The notes under the pieces: generated by a model
Database searches by the model: none
What the model saw: the letters and a program-made list of their open reading frames with translations, nothing else
Told to the model about the DNA's origin: nothing
Origin: a virus
Strand: one strand, 5' to 3'
Virus record (IMG/VR): IMGVR_UViG_3300020394_000003
Span: 64,001-128,000 of that record
Length of the DNA: 64,000 nt
Program-made: the position numbers and the translations under genes
Part shown: piece after piece, positions 29,738 through 38,155 of the stretch
How the letters are laid out: each line of letters starts with the position of its first letter
How positions within the stretch are numbered: position 1 is the stretch's first letter

Positions 29738-30148
29738 ATGTCAGTCAAAATACACAAGCATTCAAAATCTGCTTGGATTACAAAATGGAGTAAGCAAGAA
29801 AAACCATGGGGAACAGAGATGGTTTGGGCCAGTTTTACGGCGGGACACGGTAAATTGCTTACTTTAAGAAAAGATAATAGGACTAGTCTTAAGTATAATC
29901 CACAAAAAAGCGAATCGCTTATTGTACTTACGGGCAAGGTGCACGCTAAATATGGTGACGAGCATACTCTAAAAGACTCTATTGGTCACCCATGGCAAGA
30001 ATCAATTCTTGAACCGGGCATGACTTTAAACGTACAATCTGGTTGTCCGTATCGACTTACTGCTCTTGAGGATTCACAAATCATTGAGATCGGAAATCAT
30101 TTAGCAGATAGCCCTGTTCGCATTGAAGACGACTACGGAAGACAATAA
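29738..30148 (+). CDS. Cupin, mannose-6-phosphate-isomerase C-terminal-like, with a degenerate metal site
   Basis: KPWG...GKLL...TSL...E...VLTG...VRIEDDYGR is typical of MPI type II-like cupins; strong GGAGGAGG SD. Confidence 0.75.
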   Translation: MSVKIHKHSKSAWITKWSKQEKPWGTEMVWASFTAGHGKLLTLRKDNRTSLKYNPQKSESLIVLTGKVHAKYGDEHTLKDSIGHPWQESILEPGMTLNVQSGCPYRLTALEDSQIIEIGNHLADSPVRIEDDYGRQ

Positions 30149-30687
30149 TGATACTGGGACTTGACATCTCTACTAGTATCACTGGGGCTACCATACTTGA
30201 CAAAGATGGTAAAATTATCTATAATGATGCATGGGATACAAGAAAATTTAAAACAATGTTTGCTAAAGCTGAGTATGTTAAGGAAAAGTTATTAGATGCT
30301 TTTGAGAACAGCATTGACGATAGCAGTGTGATCAAACATATCTACATCGAGCAAAACCTGCAATCATTTAGAAGCGGTTTTTCGTCAGCAAAAACTTTAT
30401 CTACTCTTTCTAAATTTAATGGCATTGTGTCGTGGATGTGCTACGACTTACTAGAAATAACACCAGAGTATGTAGCAGCGCCAACGGCAAGGAAGCTAGC
30501 CGGCATAAAGATACCTCGCGGAACAAAAGCCAAAGAGGTGGTTCTTAAGTATGTTGAACAAGAAGGTTTACTTGAGATTGAGTATACGAAACACGGAAAT
30601 CCAAAACCACAATTTTATGATCGGGCAGATTCTATAATAATTGCAAAAGCAGGGCACTACTTATTGCAGGAGAAAGATGATGAATAA
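30148..30687 (+). CDS. ruvC: RuvC-like Holliday junction resolvase
   Basis: MILGLDISTSITG (D), IYIEQ (E) and DRADS (D,D) form the RNase-H-fold catalytic set. Confidence 0.85.
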   Translation: MILGLDISTSITGATILDKDGKIIYNDAWDTRKFKTMFAKAEYVKEKLLDAFENSIDDSSVIKHIYIEQNLQSFRSGFSSAKTLSTLSKFNGIVSWMCYDLLEITPEYVAAPTARKLAGIKIPRGTKAKEVVLKYVEQEGLLEIEYTKHGNPKPQFYDRADSIIIAKAGHYLLQEKDDE

Positions 30688-31561
30688 ACATATGGTCGCA
30701 GAGTGGCGAAGCTTTCTTAAAGAAAACAAGCCCGCAGCAGAAGAAGTATCTGATGAAGTAATAAGATTAATTTTTTCTGATGAAATGGATAAAATCTTAC
30801 AAGATCAAAAACTAGATGAGAGTCTGTCCAGTCGCGCTAAATCTATTGCAAAGAAGTACGGCATTCCTCTTGGAATAGCCATGGGTGTTGTTACAGGTGC
30901 AATTAGTGGCAAGCAGTTTGCTGATATGCAAAACGCCCGTAATGCAGAAGTTTCCGCTCAAGCAGATGCGCCCCAGCCCGGAGACTATTCATATCACCTA
31001 AATAAAAGCCGTCTACCCCCCGGCTATTCAGATCTCAGTAATCGAGAGGCAATTGAGAAAGCATGGCAAGACATTGAAAGACTGCCCAGAAAAAGAGCAC
31101 CGGTGTCTGGAACTGCCCCCACGTTAGTTGGCGGAGAAATAAAGGTTTTAAAATTTGGGTATATCCCCACGCAAGAAATAAATCCAGACACAGTACTGCC
31201 TATGTCAGCCATGACTGCTGAAAATTATAGAAATATGCTAGAAGCTAGATTAGCAAAATCTCCCGATGAGTTGATCTATCTTAAGGGAATGATCTTTGGT
31301 GACACTGGAAAATGGGCTAGTGGTACTGGTGAAGAAGTGTTTAGGGTAGAGGGAAACTATGCTATATTGCCTCCCGAATGGTCTATAGCTCATGAAGTGT
31401 ACGCAAGCGCAGTAGAAGAAAGACTGTTTGAAATGGTCAAGTACGTAAGAGAAAGTCCAGAGATGGCTAGCGAAGTTATTTTTAAGCAACTTAATGTAGA
31501 AAATGAAGAACAGTTTAATGAATTTGTTAGTGATCAGCTGTTTAAAATCGGCCGACAGTAA
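30680..31561 (+). CDS. Putative internal head protein with one hydrophobic helix
   Basis: Likely start is the ATG at 30680 (AGGAG at 30668, late motif ACTACTTA at 30656-30663). N-terminus MNKHMVAEWRSFLKE carries an L-x-E site; GIPLGIAMGVVTGAISG is hydrophobic. Confidence 0.5.
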   Translation: MNKHMVAEWRSFLKENKPAAEEVSDEVIRLIFSDEMDKILQDQKLDESLSSRAKSIAKKYGIPLGIAMGVVTGAISGKQFADMQNARNAEVSAQADAPQPGDYSYHLNKSRLPPGYSDLSNREAIEKAWQDIERLPRKRAPVSGTAPTLVGGEIKVLKFGYIPTQEINPDTVLPMSAMTAENYRNMLEARLAKSPDELIYLKGMIFGDTGKWASGTGEEVFRVEGNYAILPPEWSIAHEVYASAVEERLFEMVKYVRESPEMASEVIFKQLNVENEEQFNEFVSDQLFKIGRQ

Positions 31562-31569
31562 AAAAATAG

Positions 31570-31598
31570 TTGACAACGCCGACGACTAGTGGTATATT
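31570..31598 (+). promoter_or_regulatory. Sigma70-type (early/middle) promoter
   Basis: TTGACA (31570-31575), 17-nt spacer, TATATT (31593-31598) with a TG extended -10 and an upstream A-tract; AGGAGG SD at 31607. Confidence 0.8.
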
Positions 31599-31616
31599 GG
31601 TACTATAGGAGGACTC

Positions 31617-31787
31617 ATGGAGTCAATTAAGCTTGTTTTTGCTGGTTTTTTTATGGGGTTCGCAATCAGCTGTATTCTCGCATCAGTAGCTCGCGCCCCT
31701 AGTGTAACACATATCGACAAGGAGAAGCTACAAGACAAAGAAATCGAAGCTGTCATCTTGCTAGAGATTCCTGAAACTAATGAATGA
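31617..31787 (+). CDS. Small membrane protein, 56 aa (absent from the supplied ORF track)
   Basis: MESIKLVFAGFFMGFAISCILASVARAPSVTHIDKEKLQDKEIEAVILLEIPETNE; AGGAGG SD; overlaps the primase start; N-terminal hydrophobic helix. Confidence 0.65.
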   Translation: MESIKLVFAGFFMGFAISCILASVARAPSVTHIDKEKLQDKEIEAVILLEIPETNE

Positions 31788-32715
31788 GCATGAAAAATAT
31801 AAGATTGTAACAAAAGTTTTGGGTCACTCTTACAGATCTGGCACAGAACATTTGTACCATTGTCCGTATTGTAAGCATCACAAGAAAAAACTATCAGTTA
31901 ATTTTGAGCGTGATGTCTACAAGTGTTGGATATGTGATGCCCGCGGCCGCACCATTCGCCGTATTGTTAGACGTTTTGGAAATTTGACTTTATTAAGGGA
32001 GTGGGATGCAGTCGCCGGCCGCGTAGATTTGAGCGATTTTGATAATTTATTTCAAGAGTTTTACGAGCCAGAAATAGAAGAGTTGTGTACTCTTCCGCCT
32101 GAGTTTAAAACTTTGACAAACCAAAAGCTGTCGCTAGCATCTCGTCCTGCAGTTAGTTATCTTAAAAATAGAGGCATCAACAGAGAAGACTTGCTTAAAT
32201 GGAAAATAGGCTATGCGCCCGATGGAGAGTATAAAAATAGGATCATTATTCCTAGTTTCAATATGAATGGTGACGTTAACTACTTTGTAGCTCGTTCTTA
32301 TGACAATTCATATAGAAAGTACATGAACCCTAGGGCATCAAAGGATATATGCTTTAACGAATTGTATATTGATTGGGATAGCGATCTTATAATTGTCGAA
32401 GGTATCTTCGATGCTATCGTAGCAGGAAACGCAGTTCCAATTTTAGGCTCTAGCCTTCGCAAAAACTCAAAGTTAATTAAGAGAATTGTAGAAAACGATA
32501 CACCAGTTTACCTAGCTCTTGACGCCGATGCTGAAAAAAAGGCAGAAAAAGTTATTCAAACTATGCTAGAATGTGATATAGAACTTTACAAAATTGATGT
32601 CATGGGGTATGAGGATGTGGGCTCCATGACAAAAGAGCAGTTTCAATTAAGAAAACAAACCGCATCATTTGTAGACACCGACACTAGGCTTATGCAAAGT
32701 GTCATGTCAATTTAA
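31780..32715 (+). CDS. dnaG: DNA primase (Zn finger plus TOPRIM)
   Basis: CPYC..H...CWIC zinc-binding domain, YLKNRGI, RIIIPS, VEGIFDA and LDADA TOPRIM acidic motifs. Confidence 0.88.
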   Translation: MNEHEKYKIVTKVLGHSYRSGTEHLYHCPYCKHHKKKLSVNFERDVYKCWICDARGRTIRRIVRRFGNLTLLREWDAVAGRVDLSDFDNLFQEFYEPEIEELCTLPPEFKTLTNQKLSLASRPAVSYLKNRGINREDLLKWKIGYAPDGEYKNRIIIPSFNMNGDVNYFVARSYDNSYRKYMNPRASKDICFNELYIDWDSDLIIVEGIFDAIVAGNAVPILGSSLRKNSKLIKRIVENDTPVYLALDADAEKKAEKVIQTMLECDIELYKIDVMGYEDVGSMTKEQFQLRKQTASFVDTDTRLMQSVMSI

Positions 32716-32727
32716 ATTGGAGAACGA

Positions 32728-35700
32728 ATGAAGTTAGCTCATATAGCTGATACTCACATCAAAAACTTAAAGTATCATTTTGAATATCGCAAGGTTTTTG
32801 AACAACTATACGCCAAACTGAAAGAAGAGAATGTTGACTATATTATTCATTGCGGCGACATTGCGCATACGAAGACACAGATCTCGCCAGAATTCGTAGA
32901 ACTGTGTACAGACTTCTTTCGTAATCTAGCTGCGATTGCGCCAACTTACATTATTTTAGGCAATCATGATGGGAATCTTAAGAACAGCAGCCGTCAGGAT
33001 GCCTTAACGCCCATTGCGGACGCCCTAAATTGTAATAGACTACACCTGCTCAAGAACTCGGGAGAAGTAATTGTAGACGATTCTCTGACGCTTAACGTCC
33101 TTAGTGTGTTCGATCAGGATAACTGGGTTGTTCCGTCAGACGATTCTAAGATTAATATTGCTTTGTACCACGGCGCGATTAGTGGTGTGTCCACTGATAT
33201 TGGTTGGGTTATGGACCACGGTGAACATGATGTGGGAATCTTTGAGGGCCATGATTATGCATTCCTAGGCGACATCCATAAAACCAATCAGGTGCTAGAC
33301 CATGAAGGCCGTGTACGTTATTGCGGCTCAACAGTTCAGCAGAATCATGGAGAAACCAACGACAAAGGATTTTTGATCTGGGATATTCAAAGCAAAGATG
33401 ACTTTACTGTTAAGCACCATGTGCTAAAGAATCCAAAACCATTTATCACCATCGAGTTGACACCCAAGGGTCGAATGCCACGCGGGATCAGTGTGCCTAC
33501 GGGCGCCCGCTTGCGACTAGTAAGTAATAATAACTTGCCACTAACTCAGATGAAGCGCGCTTTAGACGTAGCTAAACATAGATTCAGCCCAGAAGCAATT
33601 ACTTTTCTAAATCGTGCTGCAGGACAAAGAAGCAACGTCGAGGAATTTACCGATAATCTTAAGGTTGAAGACTTGAGAAACCTTGGCGTTCAAGAAAAGC
33701 TAATCCGAGAATACTTGAAAGATTATGAAGTCGATGAAAGTCTTCTAGAAAAAGTTATTTCTTTAAATGCTGAATATAACAAGATTGTAGAACAGACTGA
33801 AGAAGTGGGCCGAAATGTAAATTGGAAGATCCATCGTGTAGAATGGGATAATCTTTTTAACTATGGCGAGGGAAACAGTATTGAATTTACCAACCTTAAC
33901 GGGATTATCGGAATTTTTGGAAAAAATTACAGCGGAAAAAGCAGCGTTATTGATTCTATTTTATACACGATGTTCAATACAACGTCAAAGAACGAAAGAA
34001 AAAATTTAAATATCATAAATCAAAATAGGCCACAATGCCGCGGCATGGTTGAGATTTCTGTAGATGATGTGCTTTATCGTATTGAAAGAACTAGCGAAAA
34101 ATATACTAAAAAATTAAAAGGCGAGGTCACGCTTGAAGCTAAGACAGATCTAGACTTTAAGAGAGTATGTCCAGTTACTGGAGATGTGGAGAGTTTGAAC
34201 GGCTTGAGTCGAATCGAGACAGACAAGAATATTCGAAAGCACTTTGGAACTTTGGAAGACTTCCTATTGTCAGCGATGGCTAGCCAGCACGGTGCCCTGC
34301 AATTTATTAATGAAGGCTCGACTAGGCGTAAAGAAATTTTTGCTAAGTTTTTAGATTTAGAAATTTTTGAACAGAAGTTTAAGTTAGCGAAAGAAGACGC
34401 ATCCGATACTCGCGGCGCTTTACGACGCTTGGAGGGTAGAAACTATAAAGAAGAAATTGAAACCGCACAGTTTGAACTACAAACAAACAATGAAGAATTG
34501 CGAAGCCAAAAGACACAGTGTAATGCACTAAAGAGTAAGATTGAAACAAACCATCAAAAAATAAATGAAATTGATAAAACGATTGAATCAATTCCGGCTG
34601 AGATTATTGATGTTGTAGATGTTAAGACAAAGATTAAAAACGCTAGGATGCGTCAAGAACGCCTAATTCAAAAAAATACTGAGCTTAGCAGTGAGCGTAC
34701 AAAAAATCAAACAATGTACTCTAAGATAATTCAGTTTCTTGATACTTTTGATATTCACGAACTTGAAAGAAAGCAAGAAGAAATTAGTACAATTAGAGAT
34801 GAAATCTCTGCTTGGCAGCGGAAGAGAGATGCTGAGCAACTAGATTTAGAGAGGTATAGGAAAAAACAAAAACTACTAGCTACTCATGAATATGATCCTA
34901 ATTGTGAGTACTGCTCTAATAATGAATTTGTAAAAGACGCTATTGCTGCGCAAAAGAAAATTCCTGCATCGACAGCACGTATGGAAGAGTATTTAGCAAA
35001 TATCACTACGCTTAATGTAGAGCTAGAAAAGTTGATGCCGGCTCAAGTAGAAAAACATGTGGAAAAATATTATAAAGTTGTTGATAAAAAAGCGACAGTA
35101 TCAGCTGCTATTGCCGATTTGAACTTAGAGATGGAAAAAAACAAGTTAGCCAAAGAGAGGTTATATCACTCCATTAAAGAGCTAAATTCAAAGCTTAATG
35201 AATATAATCAAAACAAAGAGGCTATTGAAAATCTAGAAGAATTGACGGCTAGTAAAGCTAGTCTGATGATGAAAGGCGAAGACCTTGCAGATAGTCTTGA
35301 TGTCTGCGAAGAAAAGATAATTTCACTAGTGCGCACAAACGGCTCCTTGGAACAAAAAGTAGAATCAATTAAACAAAGTAAGCAAGATTATATTGACCTA
35401 CAAGACGAGTTTGCTGCATATGATTTGTTTATGCGATGCATGCATTCTAACGGTATCGCTTACGATGTGATCAAAAGAAAGTTACCGGTAGTAAATCAAG
35501 AAATTGCTAAGGTGCTGGCTAACATTACTAACTTTGAAATTTATTTTGAAGATAATGGCAAAAAGTTTGAACTTTTTATTAAGCACCCCAAACATGAGCC
35601 GCGCCCACTAGATATGGGTTCCGGCGCAGAAAAAACTATCGCAGCTATGTCAATCAGACTAGCTCTGTTGTCTGTGTCTTCATTGCCAAAGGGAGACATT

Positions 35701-35889
35701 TTTATTCTTGATGAGCCCGGGACAGCACTTGATGAAGATAATATGGAAGGATTTATTCGTATTCTTGAACTAATTAAGATGTACTTTAAAAATATCTTGC
35801 TTATCTCTCATCTTGACTCGCTCAAAGATTGTGCCGATGTTCAAATCATGATTGATAAGAGAGAGGGGTACGCTAAAATTAATCATTAA
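32728..35889 (+). CDS. Fused Mre11/SbcD nuclease and Rad50/SbcC ATPase (T4 gp47-gp46 equivalent)
   Basis: Phosphoesterase motifs ADTH, GD, GNHD, GDIH; Walker A GKNYSGKS; coiled coil with CEYC zinc hook; signature GSGAE; Walker B ILDEP; ISH loop, all in one ORF. Confidence 0.9.
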   Translation: MKLAHIADTHIKNLKYHFEYRKVFEQLYAKLKEENVDYIIHCGDIAHTKTQISPEFVELCTDFFRNLAAIAPTYIILGNHDGNLKNSSRQDALTPIADALNCNRLHLLKNSGEVIVDDSLTLNVLSVFDQDNWVVPSDDSKINIALYHGAISGVSTDIGWVMDHGEHDVGIFEGHDYAFLGDIHKTNQVLDHEGRVRYCGSTVQQNHGETNDKGFLIWDIQSKDDFTVKHHVLKNPKPFITIELTPKGRMPRGISVPTGARLRLVSNNNLPLTQMKRALDVAKHRFSPEAITFLNRAAGQRSNVEEFTDNLKVEDLRNLGVQEKLIREYLKDYEVDESLLEKVISLNAEYNKIVEQTEEVGRNVNWKIHRVEWDNLFNYGEGNSIEFTNLNGIIGIFGKNYSGKSSVIDSILYTMFNTTSKNERKNLNIINQNRPQCRGMVEISVDDVLYRIERTSEKYTKKLKGEVTLEAKTDLDFKRVCPVTGDVESLNGLSRIETDKNIRKHFGTLEDFLLSAMASQHGALQFINEGSTRRKEIFAKFLDLEIFEQKFKLAKEDASDTRGALRRLEGRNYKEEIETAQFELQTNNEELRSQKTQCNALKSKIETNHQKINEIDKTIESIPAEIIDVVDVKTKIKNARMRQERLIQKNTELSSERTKNQTMYSKIIQFLDTFDIHELERKQEEISTIRDEISAWQRKRDAEQLDLERYRKKQKLLATHEYDPNCEYCSNNEFVKDAIAAQKKIPASTARMEEYLANITTLNVELEKLMPAQVEKHVEKYYKVVDKKATVSAAIADLNLEMEKNKLAKERLYHSIKELNSKLNEYNQNKEAIENLEELTASKASLMMKGEDLADSLDVCEEKIISLVRTNGSLEQKVESIKQSKQDYIDLQDEFAAYDLFMRCMHSNGIAYDVIKRKLPVVNQEIAKVLANITNFEIYFEDNGKKFELFIKHPKHEPRPLDMGSGAEKTIAAMSIRLALLSVSSLPKGDIFILDEPGTALDEDNMEGFIRILELIKMYFKNILLISHLDSLKDCADVQIMIDKREGYAKINH

Positions 35890-35903
35890 GATTCGGAGGA
35901 TAT

Positions 35904-36098
35904 ATGATGGCAGTAGTAAAAGCAAGGTTAGACGCACTAGTTGAAAAAATGATTTCTCGCAAGTTTATGGTGTGGCTCACGGCAACAGGGCTCATGGTTT
36001 GGGCCGGCCTAGAATCGTCAGATTGGGTGATTATCTCAGGAATCTATATCGGTGGTCAAACCGTTATTGATGGCATTGCCAAACTCAAGGGTGTTTGA
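35904..36098 (+). CDS. Putative holin-like two-TM membrane protein
   Basis: 64 aa; SRKF followed by two hydrophobic helices; MM dual start; first of three overlapping membrane genes. Confidence 0.5.
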   Translation: MMAVVKARLDALVEKMISRKFMVWLTATGLMVWAGLESSDWVIISGIYIGGQTVIDGIAKLKGV

Positions 36099-36505
36099 TG
36101 AGCGACGAGGCACAAACAAAAAGCATGCAACAAGCAATATTAAAATTTCTGTTATCTCACTGGAAAGAGGTGTTGCTGCTGCTATTATCCGTAGGTATAT
36201 TTTTTAAAATGCAAAGTGACATTAATGAATTACAAAAAGCCTACGACGCAGCCCGAGAGAGCTACGAAACACAGATCTCGGGACTTCAAGATATTCACAA
36301 AGAAGAAATAACAATGCGTGAAAAAGCTTTACAAACTTATCGCGATGCACTCGATACACTAGAACGTCAGTACCGTGAAGAACAGGAGCGAATTAAAGAA
36401 CGCACCGAACAGCGCAGAGAAACATTGACTGAAAATCATGTTGAGCGGCCTACAGAGGTTATAAACGAAATACAAAAACAATTTGGATTTGAGTATGTGG
36501 AGTAG
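36098..36505 (+). CDS. Putative i-spanin-like protein (N-terminal TM plus long coiled coil)
   Basis: WKEVLLLLLSVGIFF anchor followed by a ~90-aa coiled coil; the ATG at 36098 overlaps the holin stop. Confidence 0.5.
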   Translation: MSDEAQTKSMQQAILKFLLSHWKEVLLLLLSVGIFFKMQSDINELQKAYDAARESYETQISGLQDIHKEEITMREKALQTYRDALDTLERQYREEQERIKERTEQRRETLTENHVERPTEVINEIQKQFGFEYVE

Positions 36506-36956
36506 GATTATACAAATATTGGGCTTAAGTCTAATTTTTGGAAGCCCCGCATACGCAGACGAACTGGCAGAGACATCTAACGGCAAATTTACAATACTAG
36601 AACAGAGCGCACCCGCTCCATTTAGGGGCACACTATTTGATCCTGCAGCCACAGCCTACCTGCTGACGTTTCAAGAAACTTTAAAAGCACAGTATCAGCT
36701 AGATTTGGAGTATAGGATTAGCGAGCTAAATGCTACACATACACTAGAATTGACAAATTTAGAAATTAGATACACCGCTCTTAGTGACGAATATCAGCTT
36801 AGAATTGACGCAAAGGATTTAGAAATTCAACAGCTAAACGATTCGCTAGCAAAACTCAGCAGAAACGATAGACACTGGTTTGTCATTGGGGGGTTTGCTA
36901 TTGGCGTAGGGGTGACAGCTGGAATTGTTGCTGCGGTTAACAGTGCGAGTAAATAA
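36495..36956 (+). CDS. Secreted coiled-coil protein with a C-terminal Gly-rich TM helix (spanin-partner-like)
   Basis: MWSRIIQILGLSLIFGSPAYA/DE is an SPase I-type signal with no lipobox Cys; coiled coil; C-terminal WFVIGGFAIGVGVTAGIVAAV. Confidence 0.45.
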   Translation: MWSRIIQILGLSLIFGSPAYADELAETSNGKFTILEQSAPAPFRGTLFDPAATAYLLTFQETLKAQYQLDLEYRISELNATHTLELTNLEIRYTALSDEYQLRIDAKDLEIQQLNDSLAKLSRNDRHWFVIGGFAIGVGVTAGIVAAVNSASK

Positions 36957-37354
36957 TGAGCGACAAAGATTGGAATCGACTAGCAGCTTTTGAGAAAGCA
37001 ATTGCTAAAAAATATGGCAAAGAAACAATTCAGAATCCCAAGTCAAATTGGGATGAGGACAAAGAGCGCGACTACGTTGAGCAACAAAAAAAATTATACC
37101 AAAAAGAGATAATTCGCAAAGAGTCTACAGAGAAGATAGAACATGATGGTATTTTGATTTCTAAAAAACTACTTAATAGAGAATCAAAACGTTCATGCCC
37201 GGTTTGTGCTAAATTATTTTTTAGATCTATGGACGATGTAACTATGACAAAGTATGATTGCTGCTTTGCTTGTTATGTTGAATATGTTGAGAATCGTGAA
37301 GAGCGTTGGTTAAAAGGATGGAGACCAAATGAAGATAACAAAAGCACAGATTAA
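36956..37354 (+). CDS. Hypothetical Zn-finger protein
   Basis: CPVC...CCFAC; translationally coupled to the upstream gene. Confidence 0.6.
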   Translation: MSDKDWNRLAAFEKAIAKKYGKETIQNPKSNWDEDKERDYVEQQKKLYQKEIIRKESTEKIEHDGILISKKLLNRESKRSCPVCAKLFFRSMDDVTMTKYDCCFACYVEYVENREERWLKGWRPNEDNKSTD

Positions 37355-37559
37355 ACAAATTATTAGAGAAGAAATGGAATCGATCATTGGCGAGCAAGAC
37401 GACGGAGCCGAGATTATGGCTGCTATCGAAGATGTCCCCCCGGCAGCTGAACAGATCGCAGACAGAATTAAAAAAGAGATTGAAAAGCTAGCAGAACCTT
37501 CAGGACTAGAGCCGCAAGTATTGGCTCAGGCAGTCGCTGCTCTTTTAACAGCAGATTAA
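37329..37559 (+). CDS. Small acidic putative internal head protein
   Basis: N-terminal MKITKAQIKQIIREEM leader shared with 43430; GGAG SD. Confidence 0.55.
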   Translation: MKITKAQIKQIIREEMESIIGEQDDGAEIMAAIEDVPPAAEQIADRIKKEIEKLAEPSGLEPQVLAQAVAALLTAD

Positions 37560-37568
37560 AAATTACGT

Positions 37569-37576
37569 ACTATTTA
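37569..37576 (+). promoter_or_regulatory. Putative late promoter motif ACTATTTA
   Basis: Recurring motif 20 nt before ATG 37596, heading the terminase-portal operon. Confidence 0.6.
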
Positions 37577-37595
37577 TTAAAAGGAAAAAAATATT

Positions 37596-38141
37596 ATGGC
37601 AACAACACTAGAGATTATCCAAGGAATTCACCAAGCCGCAGCAAATGCGTATGATGGCGCATTGGATGAAAACGGAGATCCCGTAAAGGTAGGACTAAAA
37701 AGAGAAGAGGGCGATCCTCTGATCGATAGGCGAGTCATGGATGGCTTTAATGTTTCTATCCACGGAAACAAGCTGTGTGTTGCATACCATTCTGAAGTTC
37801 GTCTAAAAGAGGTGTACGGCTCTAATTTCGAATCAGATACAGAGCAAATGATCGAAGACATCGCCAGTTTTTTAAAGAAAGAATACAGGAAGGTAACAGG
37901 CGAAAGTCTATCACTCAAAGCCGTTGGCGAGTGCGATATGATCGTACAGAATACATCAAAAGTCCGGTCATGGGTTCAAGCACGAAAGCATTACGAAATT
38001 AGCTCTTTAGCCGAAGTAGAAGGTGTTCCTAGTTCCGAAGATGAGACAGCGGACACACCGGTCGATCCAGACTTCGAAAAGTTTATGAAGTTGGGAGGAT
38101 TAGGCACCAAGGCCAAAAATGATAAAAGACCTAAGTCCTGA
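37596..38141 (+). CDS. Hypothetical protein directly upstream of terL
   Basis: 181-aa ORF with SD. Its position would suit a small terminase subunit or head protein, but I recognised no diagnostic motif. Confidence 0.55.
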   Translation: MATTLEIIQGIHQAAANAYDGALDENGDPVKVGLKREEGDPLIDRRVMDGFNVSIHGNKLCVAYHSEVRLKEVYGSNFESDTEQMIEDIASFLKKEYRKVTGESLSLKAVGECDMIVQNTSKVRSWVQARKHYEISSLAEVEGVPSSEDETADTPVDPDFEKFMKLGGLGTKAKNDKRPKS

Positions 38142-38155
38142 GACGATGATGATGC

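Noticed and set aside
31586-31813. Minus-strand 75-aa ORF
   Set aside because: Antisense to the better-supported + strand 56-aa ORF, which has a promoter and SD.
37596-38141. Assignment as small terminase subunit
   Set aside because: Only its position supports this; I recognised no gp16-like motif, so it is left as hypothetical.
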